From positions 22,908-86,907 of the forward strand of contig JAAPAO010000085.1 of NCBI GenBank assembly GCA_013115145.1: DNA of 64,000 bases, written 5' to 3'. Below are positions 26,814 through 41,230 of this stretch, in pieces. Position numbers and translations under genes: made by a program. Every line of letters begins with the position of its first letter. Position 1 is the stretch's first letter. The DNA is from Perkinsus chesapeaki ATCC PRA-425. Its lineage: Eukaryota; Protista; Perkinsozoa. The notes below the pieces were generated by a model. It was not told the origin of the DNA and did no database searches. It was given only the letters and a program-made list of their open reading frames with translations.

Positions 26814-27879
26814 GTGCTTCTTCTATCCCACGTCGAAGCCCTCCGTTGTATGATGGTTGAGAGGCTCTGGAAGGAGTGAATGCCTGTCGGTCCACTACCA
26901 GAGTTGATGAGCGATATTATGGCCTACACTCCTAGACCTACACTGACCTTGGATTGCCCTATGGAAGAGATAGTTCTCAGTATCGAGAAGGAGCCCCATA
27001 TGATTTTTCCTGTTGATGGTGAGGTCTACGGCTTGTATATCGAAGAAGACAGGATTCTTTGCAATAGGCTTTACCCGCGCAGAATTAAAGAGAACTACGT
27101 GGCACAACTATCACGAAAGGGTTTCGCATGGTGGGCTTCTGTTTGTTCTACATGATGTAGACGAACACGAGAATGTCGTTATTTTAACTGATTATGATCT
27201 CAAAACTGGGACGATCAAGAGACATGAAATGGGCCAACTGATGGACGTGTTTCACTCGGCTATGAAGATGGAAGCCACCGGTTACCATTTAGTCATTGGC
27301 ACCAGTTGGGCAGAACCTGGGAAGCTCGATTCAGTTGAGGTTATCTATACAAATATAAACTCTGATGAGGCCACAGTAATCTGGTCTTCCTATGACGAGG
27401 GCACTAAATTGGATAATCTCTCTGTGGCATCTACTCATCCCTTGGCAGTCGACATTGTGTACTCCACCAACGACTCCAGCAGTCATTCGACGACAGTTGT
27501 TCTAGAGAGGTCGGCTCCTATAGTACAGTTCAAGCCCAAGTCTTCCCCAATTCGGTTATGGGCGACTATCCGCAAAACCCGGGCGGGTTACGCAATCCTT
27601 GATAAGCGTTTGAAGAGGGTATCACCGGTACTCAACTTACCCGGAAATCCCCATGGGACCCTCTGTGCCACTGACAAGTGTAGTGGAATGTACTTCCTCA
27701 TTAAGCGTAGCACTAAGGGTACAATTAGTCATAGGCTAGTTCGGGCCTTTCCTTACTTGAACTTAGTGTTTTATTCCCTACATAGTCTCGTCACCAGACT
27801 GAACTTTTCAAGACTCACAGACCTGTGTTCTATTTTACCCTTGGCGCTTCTCTGGCGGATTGCGAGCTATCCTTGTTGA
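26814..27879 (+). pseudogene. Constant-cassette family copy 4
   Basis: Start codon is GTG (26814), in-frame TGA at 26877-26879 inside the cassette, frameshift near 27115-27130; C-terminal HRLVRAFPY retained. Confidence 0.85.
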
Positions 27880-28142
27880 TTCACTGTGACATCATTAGTT
27901 GAAATGCGCCAAGACGTTTTCATATAAGGAATCGAACTCTAGCCGGGTTTCAGTTACTTCATGTGATGCTCTTCAGAGAACTGTCGCTCATTTACAGCAG
28001 TTCACTAAGAACTCAATATTACACGAGATGTTTCGGCAAATTCATCTTTGAGAGTCGTACTTACGTATACTCTACTTTTGCTAGTCGTCGAACTATGCAA
28101 GTACATTATAGCCTCTCACATAGCGCAACTTCCCACTCTGTA

Positions 28143-29095
28143 ATGCTTCTCCCATCCCATGTTGAAGCCCTCCGCTGTATGATGGTTGAGAGGCTCTGGA
28201 AAGATTCGATATCAATCGGTCCACTACCAGAGTTAATGGTTGATATTATGGCCTACACTCCTAAACCTACACTAACCCTGGATTGTCCTATGGAAGAGAT
28301 AGTCATTAATATCGACAAGGAGCCAGCTTATATCTTTACCGAAGGCGGCGTAGTCTATGGCGTACGTAATCAAGATAACTGTTTTTCCTGCGAGAAGCTT
28401 TATCCTTTCGGTGGCAGCATCACCCTCGCCCGGACTTCCTCAGGAAGGGGCCAATTCTACTTCGATTCGGTGACTGGTCACTTGTTCATCCTTCATGATG
28501 ATAATGGTGTCACTCTCCTGACTACGATATAAAAGCCGGTGTACCTAGGACTTACAAGTTATTACAATTACCGAAGTTATGGGATTCGGTGAAATGTATG
28601 GTAGCGACAGGTTCTGACATTTTCGTTGGTATGCAGTGGTCTGAACAAGGGCAACCTCCCTCTATCGAAGTCATCCACGCAAACCTTAACGATGAAAAGG
28701 TCTCTAGAGTAGCTTGGTCTTCATATCGTAAAGGTGCCCAATTGGTTGCCCTTCATATAGCCTCTGGAAAGCCCATAGCATTTGATATTATCTACGCTAT
28801 AGCTAAGCGCAAGCACTCCAGTAGGGTTGTTCTCGAGATGTCTGCTACTCTATTAGGATTCACCACCATCAATACTGCAGTAGGAGTAAGTGCTATTGTT
28901 CGCAAGAGTGGAACGGGTTACGTTCTTCGCGATAGTCTCTATAGGAGAATGTCCGAGCAGTTCAACCTACCTGGCGAGCCAAGTTGCAGCCTGTGTTCAA
29001 CAGACAAGTCTGGTGGAATCTACTTTGCCGTTACACGAAGCAGAAACGGTGTAGTTAGCCATAGGCTTGTTCGTGCTTTTCCTTACTTTCACTAG
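28143..29095 (+). pseudogene. Constant-cassette family copy 5, one apparent single-base deletion
   Basis: Cassette intact. ctcctgactacgat (~28516-28530) lacks one T relative to ctccttgattatgat (LLDYD) in copy 3; the downstream frame ends HRLVRAFPYFH stop. Confidence 0.7.
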
Positions 29096-29619
29096 GTAGT
29101 TATCACTTACATACGTGATAACCGTTCTCAGCTCGATATATTTCATCATTGGCAGCAGGATTGTGTTAAATACATTGACTGACTTTGTCCGTTTGTATTC
29201 GGCGGTGAAGGCGGGGTGACCCCTCGTCTCGTGCCAAATACCTCATAGAGGCACCCACTGTGAGTTGAAAGGCCTTGTGAACCAGATACCTCCCGAAAGG
29301 TGGTTCAATACTATGGTAATTCACATACAACCTCGCAAACTGTGGATCATGAGATTTCAGTACCTCTTTTTCACCATTCTGGATTGTTGCGCATAATCAT
29401 CCATCGCTTTACCCTGTCTAATCAATCAGCAGTATATTCTAGTATTGAATGAGCGAGCGACATGAATCACGGTGGGCCCTCACTAAAACCGAGTTTTCAT
29501 TGTTGATTATCGCGAACTAAACGCAGCAATAAGTAGTTCAACAGGCGCGCTATTATTGTGTTGCAGTTGATGTTGCATTGCTCACCTGCGAATGGATTTC
29601 AGTGCACCTTCATTCTCTA

Positions 29620-30606
29620 ATGCTTTTTCCATCCCACGTCGAGGCCCTCCGTTGTATGATGGTTGAGAGGCTCTGGAAGGAGTCGGTGCGTACTGGTCCA
29701 CTACCAGAGTTAATGGTTGATATTATGGCCTTCACTCCTAAACCTACACTAACCTTGGATTGCCCTATGGAAGAGACTATACTAGATATCAAAAACGAGC
29801 CTGACTATATCTTGGTTAGGAAAGACGTCGTTTATGGTATATTTAAGTATACTTCTTCTGTCATGATTGAACAGTTATACCCTGCTGGTATGAGAAGCGA
29901 AATAATATGTAAACCTTCAACTTCCCTGCCCGACTACATCTACTACTATTGCCCCCAGTCTGCTCATCTTTTCCTACTCTCCTGTCACGGCTTTCTCATC
30001 GACTTCGATATTGATGCTACCAAGGTCCACGCAACGTTTGAGATTCAGCAGCTGTGTTCTGGTGGAATGTCGCCGAAGCATATGGTTGTCATAGGGGACA
30101 ATCTCTTTGTTGTGGTGTTTGGATCTACAGGAGCCGAAGTTCGGTACACGAGACTGTCCGATCCTATGCGGGTCATAGTCGCACATTCCTTACCCTCGGT
30201 TGATGACAGTTCTGAGATTTTGTCACTGAACCCAATTTCTGCTAGTCCCTTAGAAGTGTCCGTTTGGTTGAATACGCGTGGGGACATATTTGTCTGTATC
30301 CTGAGGATGATTCGCCAGGAATCTCCTATATTGTTCGCGGAGATGGGGTTCTCGAGTCATCCTGGAACAGGAACTCTCCCTAAGACTGCGTTGGTCGCCG
30401 GATCGGGTGTTCACCGTATCCCTGGTAAAGATGGCGGATACTGTTTGAGGAATAATAAAGGGAAGCTGCTGTTTCGGAGCCCTGATAAGACTAATCCCCC
30501 GGTACTCGAACACCGTGCAGCATCTGACGGTGCTGGAGATATATATTTTCTGTCCAACAAAGGCGATTGCTACAGGCTTCTCAGAGCATCACCTTACCTT
30601 CGCTAA
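29620..30606 (+). CDS. Constant-cassette family copy 6; intact, intronless, 328 aa
   Basis: ATG at 29620 (MLFPSHVEALRCMMVERLWK..), open to YRLLRASPYLR stop. Confidence 0.85.
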   Translation: MLFPSHVEALRCMMVERLWKESVRTGPLPELMVDIMAFTPKPTLTLDCPMEETILDIKNEPDYILVRKDVVYGIFKYTSSVMIEQLYPAGMRSEIICKPSTSLPDYIYYYCPQSAHLFLLSCHGFLIDFDIDATKVHATFEIQQLCSGGMSPKHMVVIGDNLFVVVFGSTGAEVRYTRLSDPMRVIVAHSLPSVDDSSEILSLNPISASPLEVSVWLNTRGDIFVCILRMIRQESPILFAEMGFSSHPGTGTLPKTALVAGSGVHRIPGKDGGYCLRNNKGKLLFRSPDKTNPPVLEHRAASDGAGDIYFLSNKGDCYRLLRASPYLR

Positions 30607-30861
30607 TACCGGCCTATCAAAAAGGGGGGACTGGCTGCTGGCCGTGATATGACTCGTCTGTTCGCTTTCACTAATTTCACATTTCGAAACTTTTCTGTTG
30701 AGTTATGCAGAATTATTCTCCAACGAGAGTAGTTTTCACGTACCATTTGCCACGAATGGGCACGAATGGTCACGAGTTTTGCTCCATATACTCCGTTTCT
30801 TTTGCCGCAAGATGCTAGAGGAAACAGGATACTTGTGTGCGACTTTTCACAGTGTTTCACA

Positions 30862-31899
30862 ATGATCCATCCATCCGAGGTTCAAGCTCTCCGCTGTCAG
30901 ATGATGACGAAGCTCTGGAATAAATATTCCTCCCTCGAACCAATGCTGGTGTTGTTGGGTGAGATCCTCGCGTACGTCCCTCCACATGTACTCACCTTAA
31001 ACTGCCCCATGGAGGAGATAGTTCTAGGTATCGAGAGGGAACCTGAATTTATCTTTGTCTATGCTGACATTGTCTATGGTATATTTGTTGGAAAGGACAC
31101 CATAAACCTTAGAATCATACATCCTTGGCAGAAGGACGTGAAACTTGCCAAGTCGGTAGCTGGAACAGCTCAATTCTACTACGACCTCAGCACTTGCCAC
31201 CTCTTTGTACTACACGATGATGGTACTTATCCCTGCGGTGGTGCCTCTCTGTTGGATTATGATGTAAAGGCTGGTGTTATTCATAAGAGTTACAGACTTC
31301 CGGGTCTGTATTTCTTCTCAGCGTCGAGTTCGATTAAGCTGGCTGTATTAGGTGGACATCTCTTCATCCTTGTGAGTTGGTTCAAACACTTAGAGCTTTT
31401 CCATCGCCATTTGGACTCCTCCCAAGATCTTGCTCTAATCTGGTCAACATATGACGTTATTCAGGAGTCATTCAACTACCACTTGACCGTCGTCTCTCAC
31501 ACGCCGATCATACTGAGAGTCCACTACGAGACGATAGAGGGCTTCGTGATGACTACACTCCAACGATCGCTTCTATCGTTTGCTTACACACCAAAGACGG
31601 TAGTAGTCCTCCCCGAGGACTCATATCCCTTCAATCCGATTCAGGGTTCTACATTTTGCCGTTACGGTAGCGATGATAGTTTTAAACTCTGGGATTGCAA
31701 GGTTAGAAGTCGACCACCAGAGGACGACGAAGGTGAAGATGGGCTCGAATACCATGGGTTACTATTTGATTGTCCCGCAGCGACCGACGGCTCGGGCAAG
31801 ATATATTATGTCTTCGGAAAGCGTGTTGAAGTAGACAACAATGTCTATAAGCAATCAACTAGGTTAATTCGTGCTTATACATATTTAAAGAACGAGTAA
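30862..31899 (+). CDS. Divergent family copy 7; intact, intronless, 345 aa
   Basis: MIHPSEVQALRCQMMTKLWNK...LLGEILAYVPPHVLTLNCPMEEIVL is a diverged cassette; body has LFVLHDD, LLDYDV and RLIRAY motifs. Confidence 0.82.
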   Translation: MIHPSEVQALRCQMMTKLWNKYSSLEPMLVLLGEILAYVPPHVLTLNCPMEEIVLGIEREPEFIFVYADIVYGIFVGKDTINLRIIHPWQKDVKLAKSVAGTAQFYYDLSTCHLFVLHDDGTYPCGGASLLDYDVKAGVIHKSYRLPGLYFFSASSSIKLAVLGGHLFILVSWFKHLELFHRHLDSSQDLALIWSTYDVIQESFNYHLTVVSHTPIILRVHYETIEGFVMTTLQRSLLSFAYTPKTVVVLPEDSYPFNPIQGSTFCRYGSDDSFKLWDCKVRSRPPEDDEGEDGLEYHGLLFDCPAATDGSGKIYYVFGKRVEVDNNVYKQSTRLIRAYTYLKNE

Positions 31900-32293
31900 G
31901 TGTATGTAATGTTCCGGGTCTAGAGTTTCTGACCTTAATGGATCCTTGAGTTTAGTGAGTCTCTGTATTGTGTTTTGTACCTTTGTGTGTGTGAGAATGG
32001 GGCTGTGTTAAGCCCCGAACTTCCTCAGAGAATTGAAAATGAAAACATGCTTGTTAGTGCCGAAAGATATGCAACCTTTCTTGACCAGCGTCACGTTGAC
32101 GTGTTTCATTGTGATATGTCAAGGTTCAATTTGAATGGATTGCAAGAGATTGACACTCTACAAGTAAACGAGAACAGCAGTCTACGAGGGACAACAACAA
32201 CAACGGATGACACAATATGAATTTCATTTCCTCATTAAACACTTCTGTTTAGCGAATTCTCCAGCCTGAAGGATTCGAAGTAATGGAGCAACT

Positions 32294-33030
32294 TCAGAGG
32301 AATCTCACAATTTCGGTTATAGCATTCCGTTTAAAGTGATGTTCTTTATCGCATTTAACCGCTGCTCGTCTGAGCTGTTTGGAATCGAAGTAGCTATCAG
32401 CGTAAAGAGACATGAGACGGGCTCGCCCGTGACGGTATCTACACGTAAACAATCCTCTCAACCTGCACAGGACTGCACAGCCTCACTTTGATTTTGGTAG
32501 TATAGGATCCAATAAAATGTATTGTACGTTATCTCTACTAGCAAAATTGGGAAAGGCGGCTGTAATGCCAACCTTTGTTACCGAAGAACTGGATCTCAAC
32601 GAACAGACAGACTTCACTTTTGAAGGGCATGTTGAGCCCACACAAGACCCAACAGGTTCAGTTAAAACAACACTTGACAATTCTTCATCAATAACTGTGC
32701 CTTCTTGACAACTCTTCACGTCCGCTGCAGTATGCTGGTGATGCAATGAAGGAGTTGATTTTGATCTCCACCGCCAATAAGATGATATCTACAAATAAAT
32801 GATATCCTCCTCTGTGATACTGAAGCCTTACTTGTTCACATGCATGCCCATAATCGGAATACATCTTCTCAAGCGGAGGACCATCCAACCCGACGGGCCT
32901 TTGACAACCGTCCATCCAGTAGAATCGGTGGTGTTCCGTACAAGGGTGTACATCAAGCGGTGCCTGATGGGAGGGTCAATCTTTACCTCATAAGCTGCCC
33001 TACATGGACAATCCTCTTCATCTTCCTCAT
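32294..33030 (-). CDS. Spliced coding segment: either the final exons of the ankyrin gene or a separate small gene
   Basis: A phase-consistent exon chain (..APLDVHPC..HACEQ / ISSYWRW..LPKSK / LRGLFTCRYRHGRAR..EIVRFL stop) can be built, but an alternative frame path also exists. Confidence 0.35.
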
Positions 33031-33034
33031 ATGA

Positions 33035-36000
33035 TCATCGGGCTCTCTTGGCGGTCTCGATGATGTTATCGTTGTAGCCAGCGATGTTGTAGATTGAGGC
33101 ATGAGCACCAATACAACTAAAACAGTATCCAAACCACTCCTTTTTATTATTTAACACGATTTAACTTATAATGCAAAGCAGCACGGCTATCAAGGAACAC
33201 ACCACAACTTGCATGCTCACTGTGAGCAGCTCACAACACTGTCGGCGGTTCATCTACAATATCTTCGATCTCGAGGGTCTGATCCTGTAATGCTGCTGGC
33301 TGGCCATTCGCGGCATTCGCTAACACTCCGCGAATATCTGTTTGGTACGGTTCCGGCAATACACTCATGATGACCCACCTTCAACAGCACAATAGTCGGC
33401 GGGTCGTTTACCTTGATGATCGGTTATATCAACTTTTGCACCATGTCTGATGAGCGCTTTAACTACTTCACTGTTTCCTGCCTTGCAATGAACCTGTGTA
33501 CATGGGCAATGCTGAGTTATTATCTCTACCGTTGAGGTACATGTAGTGGTGTTCTTTCATCTCCTTCTGTTGGTGAGTTAAGGTCTGCATTCACTTCAAC
33601 AAGTGCATCAACAACAGCTGCAGTTGAGGCAACATGAAGGCATGTTATACCACAATTCATTTTATTGCGAAATCTCGCTGCTGGAGGGTGCCATTCTCCA
33701 ATAGCAGCCACCTGATGAAGGGGGTAATGCTGGACTTGCTACCAGCCACCTACAAGCTTGTCTAGCCCATTCCTTGCTGCAACAGCCATCGCTGTTAAAC
33801 CAGCATTATCTTCGGCATTGATCGGCACTCCACGTCTAAATACAACAACATATTACATCTGAGTAAGGAACACCTTTACCTCATAAGTAGTTTGGCAACC
33901 TCTACACTAGTACTCTGGTCGAATAACTGTGAGGCAGGTGTGGCACAAAGTGTATGTAGAGGAGTGAACCCTCGGTAACTGGTGTCAATAACATGTAGAG
34001 TAATAATAAGCTGATGTTACTCCGTAGCAGAGACAATAGCCTTATGATCGAGTAGCAGCTTCACAGCAGCTATCGGATCCTCTTCTGGGCCATCTGGAAA
34101 TGTTACTCGAGGGGGGCGGTAGTTAACAGCCCTACAACATTCAGAGTTTCAAAAGCCTCAAGTGATGCATGATAGGCCTTACCGGACTGCAAGATGGAGT
34201 GGTGCCCTCCCTGATGAATCACATGCAGTTACTCTCGCACCATGGGTTAATAATGTACTCATAACAGTAACTCGACATCCACATAAATGAAGGGGTGTCA
34301 CCTTACTCATACGACTTGGTAAATTAACCTTACAACCATCCTTATAACAACCAATAGCAGAATGAGACTACATCAGCTTTGGTGTTGATGAGATACTCTA
34401 CCAAATGTTGAGCTCCCTGCAGAGTGGTCTTTGGTACACTCCTTTTAAAACATTCCCTAAATAACTAATATCTTTATAACACCTACTACTCTATCCCTAC
34501 CGTGCAATGCCTCCAATAGAACTGATGGTACAGAGCAGATGAAGAGGAGTAAAGCCAGCACCATCCATTCTATTAACCAACTCCCTCCTTGTTTCCTCAT
34601 CTTTGCCTATATTACCCTATCCAACAGTCCACCCGTCTCCTCTCTCACCTTTGGTTAAAGCTTCCACCATCTCTTCTAAGAGCCATCTCCCCAATCCTGG
34701 ACTGATGAAAGTTTGGTCCATGAGGAGCCAAAATAGTGGAGAGTCTCCTCTAGTATCCCGACAATCGATAGGGTTAATGATGGCAGCAGACTGAATGATA
34801 GTATACATGATGAGCAGTTGTCGCATTTACCTTTCGTCGACCGACGCCAAGCAGTATCCTAACCATTTCTAACCTTCCCATTTTAATAGCATACTTTAGA
34901 AACATAGAACAATCCATTCCCTACAATAGGAACTTCTAATACTCCTTAATGAGGACATGATAACTCACATCAAATGAGTGTAGACCACATCCAGCTACCT
35001 CAATGAGCGCTCTACTCAACCTGGTGTGCCCAGCTGTAATCTAATAGACTATCCCATTAATAGGTCTTTAATAATTATTAATACCGCCAAACTGAGGATG
35101 CTCAACCCAACCGCCGCCGATTGTCTTTCCTCTGATTCCTCTATTCCACCAATAATCGTCTTACGCATAACTTTCACCGTGGTGGTGGTATCCCTCCTCA
35201 TAGTCATTATCGGTATACCAGTAAAGTGACAGCCTCCTCGATAAAGGCAACGACACATACTCTTTAAATCATCAAATACAGCACCACCAGCGTCATCAGC
35301 ACTTCCCTGAGCATCGGAGCTTCCCCTCACTTCATTGTAGAAGTGTCCATGAACCGATGCCTTCATTCTACACCGAGTGCTGACGTCAGTATTGAGATAA
35401 TGTAAACTATTCACATCTCTATCGACTGGATGACCATCTCCTATCACAAAGTGTTACCCAATTATCTCCTTTAACCTACTCTTGAAGTAATGGTAAGTAC
35501 TGCATTCCCCAAAGCTTTCGTAGTCCTCCAATGAATCGGCTAAGTTTAACTGGAATAGAGTGACTATAATAAACCATAACCCCTTGGCTCACTAAGAAGT
35601 GTGCAGGTGGAGCGTAGACTGCTGGAGTGACAATCCCCTCCTCTTCAATTGATTCAGTACTCCATTGGCCTACAACTGTTGCTGCCTTCCACAATGGGGT
35701 GTTACGTGGTACAAGACACAATGCGTTGGTATCACACTGAAGATGAGGCAGCAGTGCAGCGGCGGTGATGATGATGATGAATGGGTCAATGTGATAGGTT
35801 AGTAGTACCAAGTTATTATTGAGTATAAATTGAACAACACTCGTCTTTCCATCTGCTATAGCATAGCTCAAATGAGCAGGCAGCTCTTCCTCAGCAAACT
35901 GCCTGCTCATCCTTCCACCAAACCTAATCGACCCTATGCATCATAAACATCATTACTACCATCTATACTACCTCCAAAGTATTTCACCAACTATAATATT

Positions 36001-37354
36001 GCCTTTATCAATTGCCACATCCAACGGTGTCCTTCCTTGATTATCAATATCATTGAGGAGTTTAGCGACCTCTGGTCTAAGTGAAGGCCCACCATTGGTC
36101 AAACTTGGCTTAATATGCCATCTATTCTGCTCGAGTAATATTTGCAACAGTCCTGTGGGTTGAGCAGCTGCTGCAGAGGCCAATAGGCTGCTACATTTAT
36201 GCATCAACCCAAACCCCCCATCAACCTGAGGGGGATCTCATCATCACCAACTACTTATACATCACTACATTGCTAACCTCATCTAGCTCTGCAATATACG
36301 GTAAATCATACCGTCTTTGCTTCATTGCCAAATGGACCTATAAACCCCATAGAGTGAGCCCCCCCCCAGCCCAGAGGTGTATACCTGTGTTGGATAGGCA
36401 TTAATAAATGCTCTATCACTACAATGATGGTAGATAACATCCCATGCCATACATGCCTTTATTAATGGACCCTCTTTATCCACCATCTCTGACATATTCT
36501 TAATCCTCCACATTATTTTATCATATGTTGTTGGATCCTTCCTTGGTAACTTAATCCCCAATATGGCGGTGTGCAAATCATACCCCCTAAAACCGTCAAT
36601 AATCCCTTAACACCCAACCAATCAACTACTACATAATCCTTCCTTTTATTTCACTAGCAACCATTGCTGCCTCTTTCATGCCTCTTTCATTAGGCCCACC
36701 TATAATAAGTGTAACCTTGACCCATCCTCCTTTGTTAATGTATCGATTATATACTAAAGATGGCAGCAGCTGATGATGATAACCAATAGCAGTGTGCCCT
36801 GCCTTTGGCCGCAGAACACCACCTGCACCACCACCAGCATATGCAGCAGCCTGCATCCTGTATAAGATTATGATGGCCTATATCACCTCTATTAACACCA
36901 ACGACATGACTACGACTTCGCCCTAACTGCCTGACCTCTACTGGTAGTAGCAGATCTCCTGTCTTCTCTCCAAGTGAATCTTAAGATAATCCAATAATAT
37001 TTTATTAGTATCTCCCACTGGTTCTACTCTTCGTTAATAGCTGCCTTAGTTCATCTATAACATTACCAGCTATCCCCGCATTACCGATACACTGTTGCCC
37101 CATATCCACTGACATACGCTTAACCACAGCAGGTCCAAGGACCTATAAGACGCTGCTGCCCTTTATTGCTTCCCATATGAGCTCACCAGTGAATGTCCTC
37201 CCTCTACATGTCGGTGATATGAGCCAACATCGATAACTATAAGCTTCGAGGATGAGGGCTGTAGTTGGTGTTGTCGATGGTGTATGGTGGTGAATGCTAT
37301 CAGTAGGTCTTCATTATACCTTAATGGTTATCATTATATTAATATTGCAACTTG

Positions 37355-37409
<55 letters not shown>

Positions 37410-38875
37410 CCCTATTGATATAACATGTGTACTGCAATATAACATCATACATGAACTAACATCAATAGATGGTGATGATGGATACCATACAAATGTAGGT
37501 ATGACTCCACCGTGGGATAGTTCTAATAATAATACAGCTCAACTTTAATAACAATTAATACCCATTGATACCTTCCCCTAACTCAGCTATTATATTGCAT
37601 ATTGTACTAGATGACCCTACTTCTAATCCTTCATTATGAAGGTATCTATTATCCATTAATAATATTAAAATTATTACCAACTACTTATTATTACATTATA
37701 TTACACCCGGCTTTCCTCCCTCTATTGCTGTATTTATTATCACCTATTAACAACCATCTATAATTAACCACTATAACAACATCTTTCCCTTACTTATTGT
37801 ATTTATACTATATCCCAGCAATGCTGCCTCTTTACATGTTGGTAGCCTCCCCAGTGTCTTCATTGCCTGGTATGGCCTATAACACATCCCATCCTACTAC
37901 CCCACTACATATCATCTCACACTAGCATATGCTCCGCTAAAGCCGAGTTCTCAGTCCACAGTGTTGTTGTTGTTATTAAAGCAGCAGCAGCAGATAACCT
38001 CTCAGTAAGGGTGGTATAACCTACCCTACAGGATAGCTCTAGTGTTATAAAGTAGGCCCACCTCCCCCAAAGGCTATAACCTCCAAAGCTTTCCTGTGCC
38101 TTATTTTAATGTCTTCTTGTCCCTCTAAGTCAGCCTCCTAATAGAGCTGCTCTAATAGAACTATTAACATAATATTACCTCTGATATTGTACAAGATGAC
38201 CATGAAGTGGCTATACCCTCCTTGACATTTAGCTGTTGTAGAGTATCCTCTACAGCCATAACTGTTGAATCAATAACAGTTACTAATGATGATGTTGGTA
38301 ATATCGGATGATGCCCTATACAACAATCACCATACCATATATTAATTAATTATTACCAATATGATGGTTTGGCGGCGGCTGCGGCTGGTGTCTATCCCTC
38401 CATCCCTATAACACACCTCGATCCCCTACACATTTGCCATATTACCTCAGCAGTTGATGCATTAGTAGTACTACTACTCATAGTGCTATATAATTCACTA
38501 CTTGTCCATTTAATATCATTGTCTTTATTACCACTATTCCTTATATACCTGCAGCATCACCTCCTCTACCACCATCTCCTCCTCCCTATCCCCCCCTTAC
38601 CGGCTCTTTGCTAACTTTCCCATCCAAGTCAACCTCGGTCTATACATACATGGGAACCCATCATCATCGTAATCTATCCTATCCTTTATTCTATTTCTTC
38701 CTCCTCCTGCCCCCTTTACTTTGTGTGTTCTACATGTTCTTGTCCATAATGGCTTGGAGTACCCTATACAATAGCTTATAACCTCTATAGGTGGATGAAT
38801 TCTACTGGTAAATGGTTGCTTATCAAAGCTCTTTGGTAAACTACATGCCTCTGTAGAAGATGAATGTTTGATCAT
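33035..38875 (-). CDS. Long multi-exon ankyrin-repeat protein with an uncharacterised N-terminal region; 3' end uncertain
   Basis: Multiple ankyrin signatures on successive exons: DNQGRTPLDVAIDKGN, DTRGDSPLFW, DGAGFTPLHLL, SKVTPLHLC, DSSGRAPLHLA, DNAGLTAMAVAARNG, ERTPLH/VHCKAGNSEVVKALIRHGAKVDITDHQGKRPAD. Exons between 36.3 and 34.5 kb join in phase. Confidence 0.7.
37355..37407 (+). repeat. (CTA)n microsatellite, about 17 units
   Basis: Perfect ctactacta... run, probably intronic in the ankyrin gene. Confidence 0.95.
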
Positions 38876-39046
38876 TCTAGTAGCTCTAATGATAGAGTAA
38901 TAACAATTATTATTAACAACACTATACCAAGTCAAAGGATACTAGAAACCAACCACCACAATAAATACGACGACGGCACATACTGCTTCTTATGCGAAAA
39001 AACGATTTAATCATATCTTTCAACATATCACGTTAACGGTGGTCCT

Positions 39047-41230
<2,184 letters not shown>

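Noticed and set aside
31975-32220. 81-aa plus-strand ORF after the array
   Set aside because: No family cassette, no recognisable motif and no splice support.
37294-37548. Poly-Thr plus-strand ORF
   Set aside because: Generated by the (CTA)n microsatellite within the minus-strand ankyrin gene.
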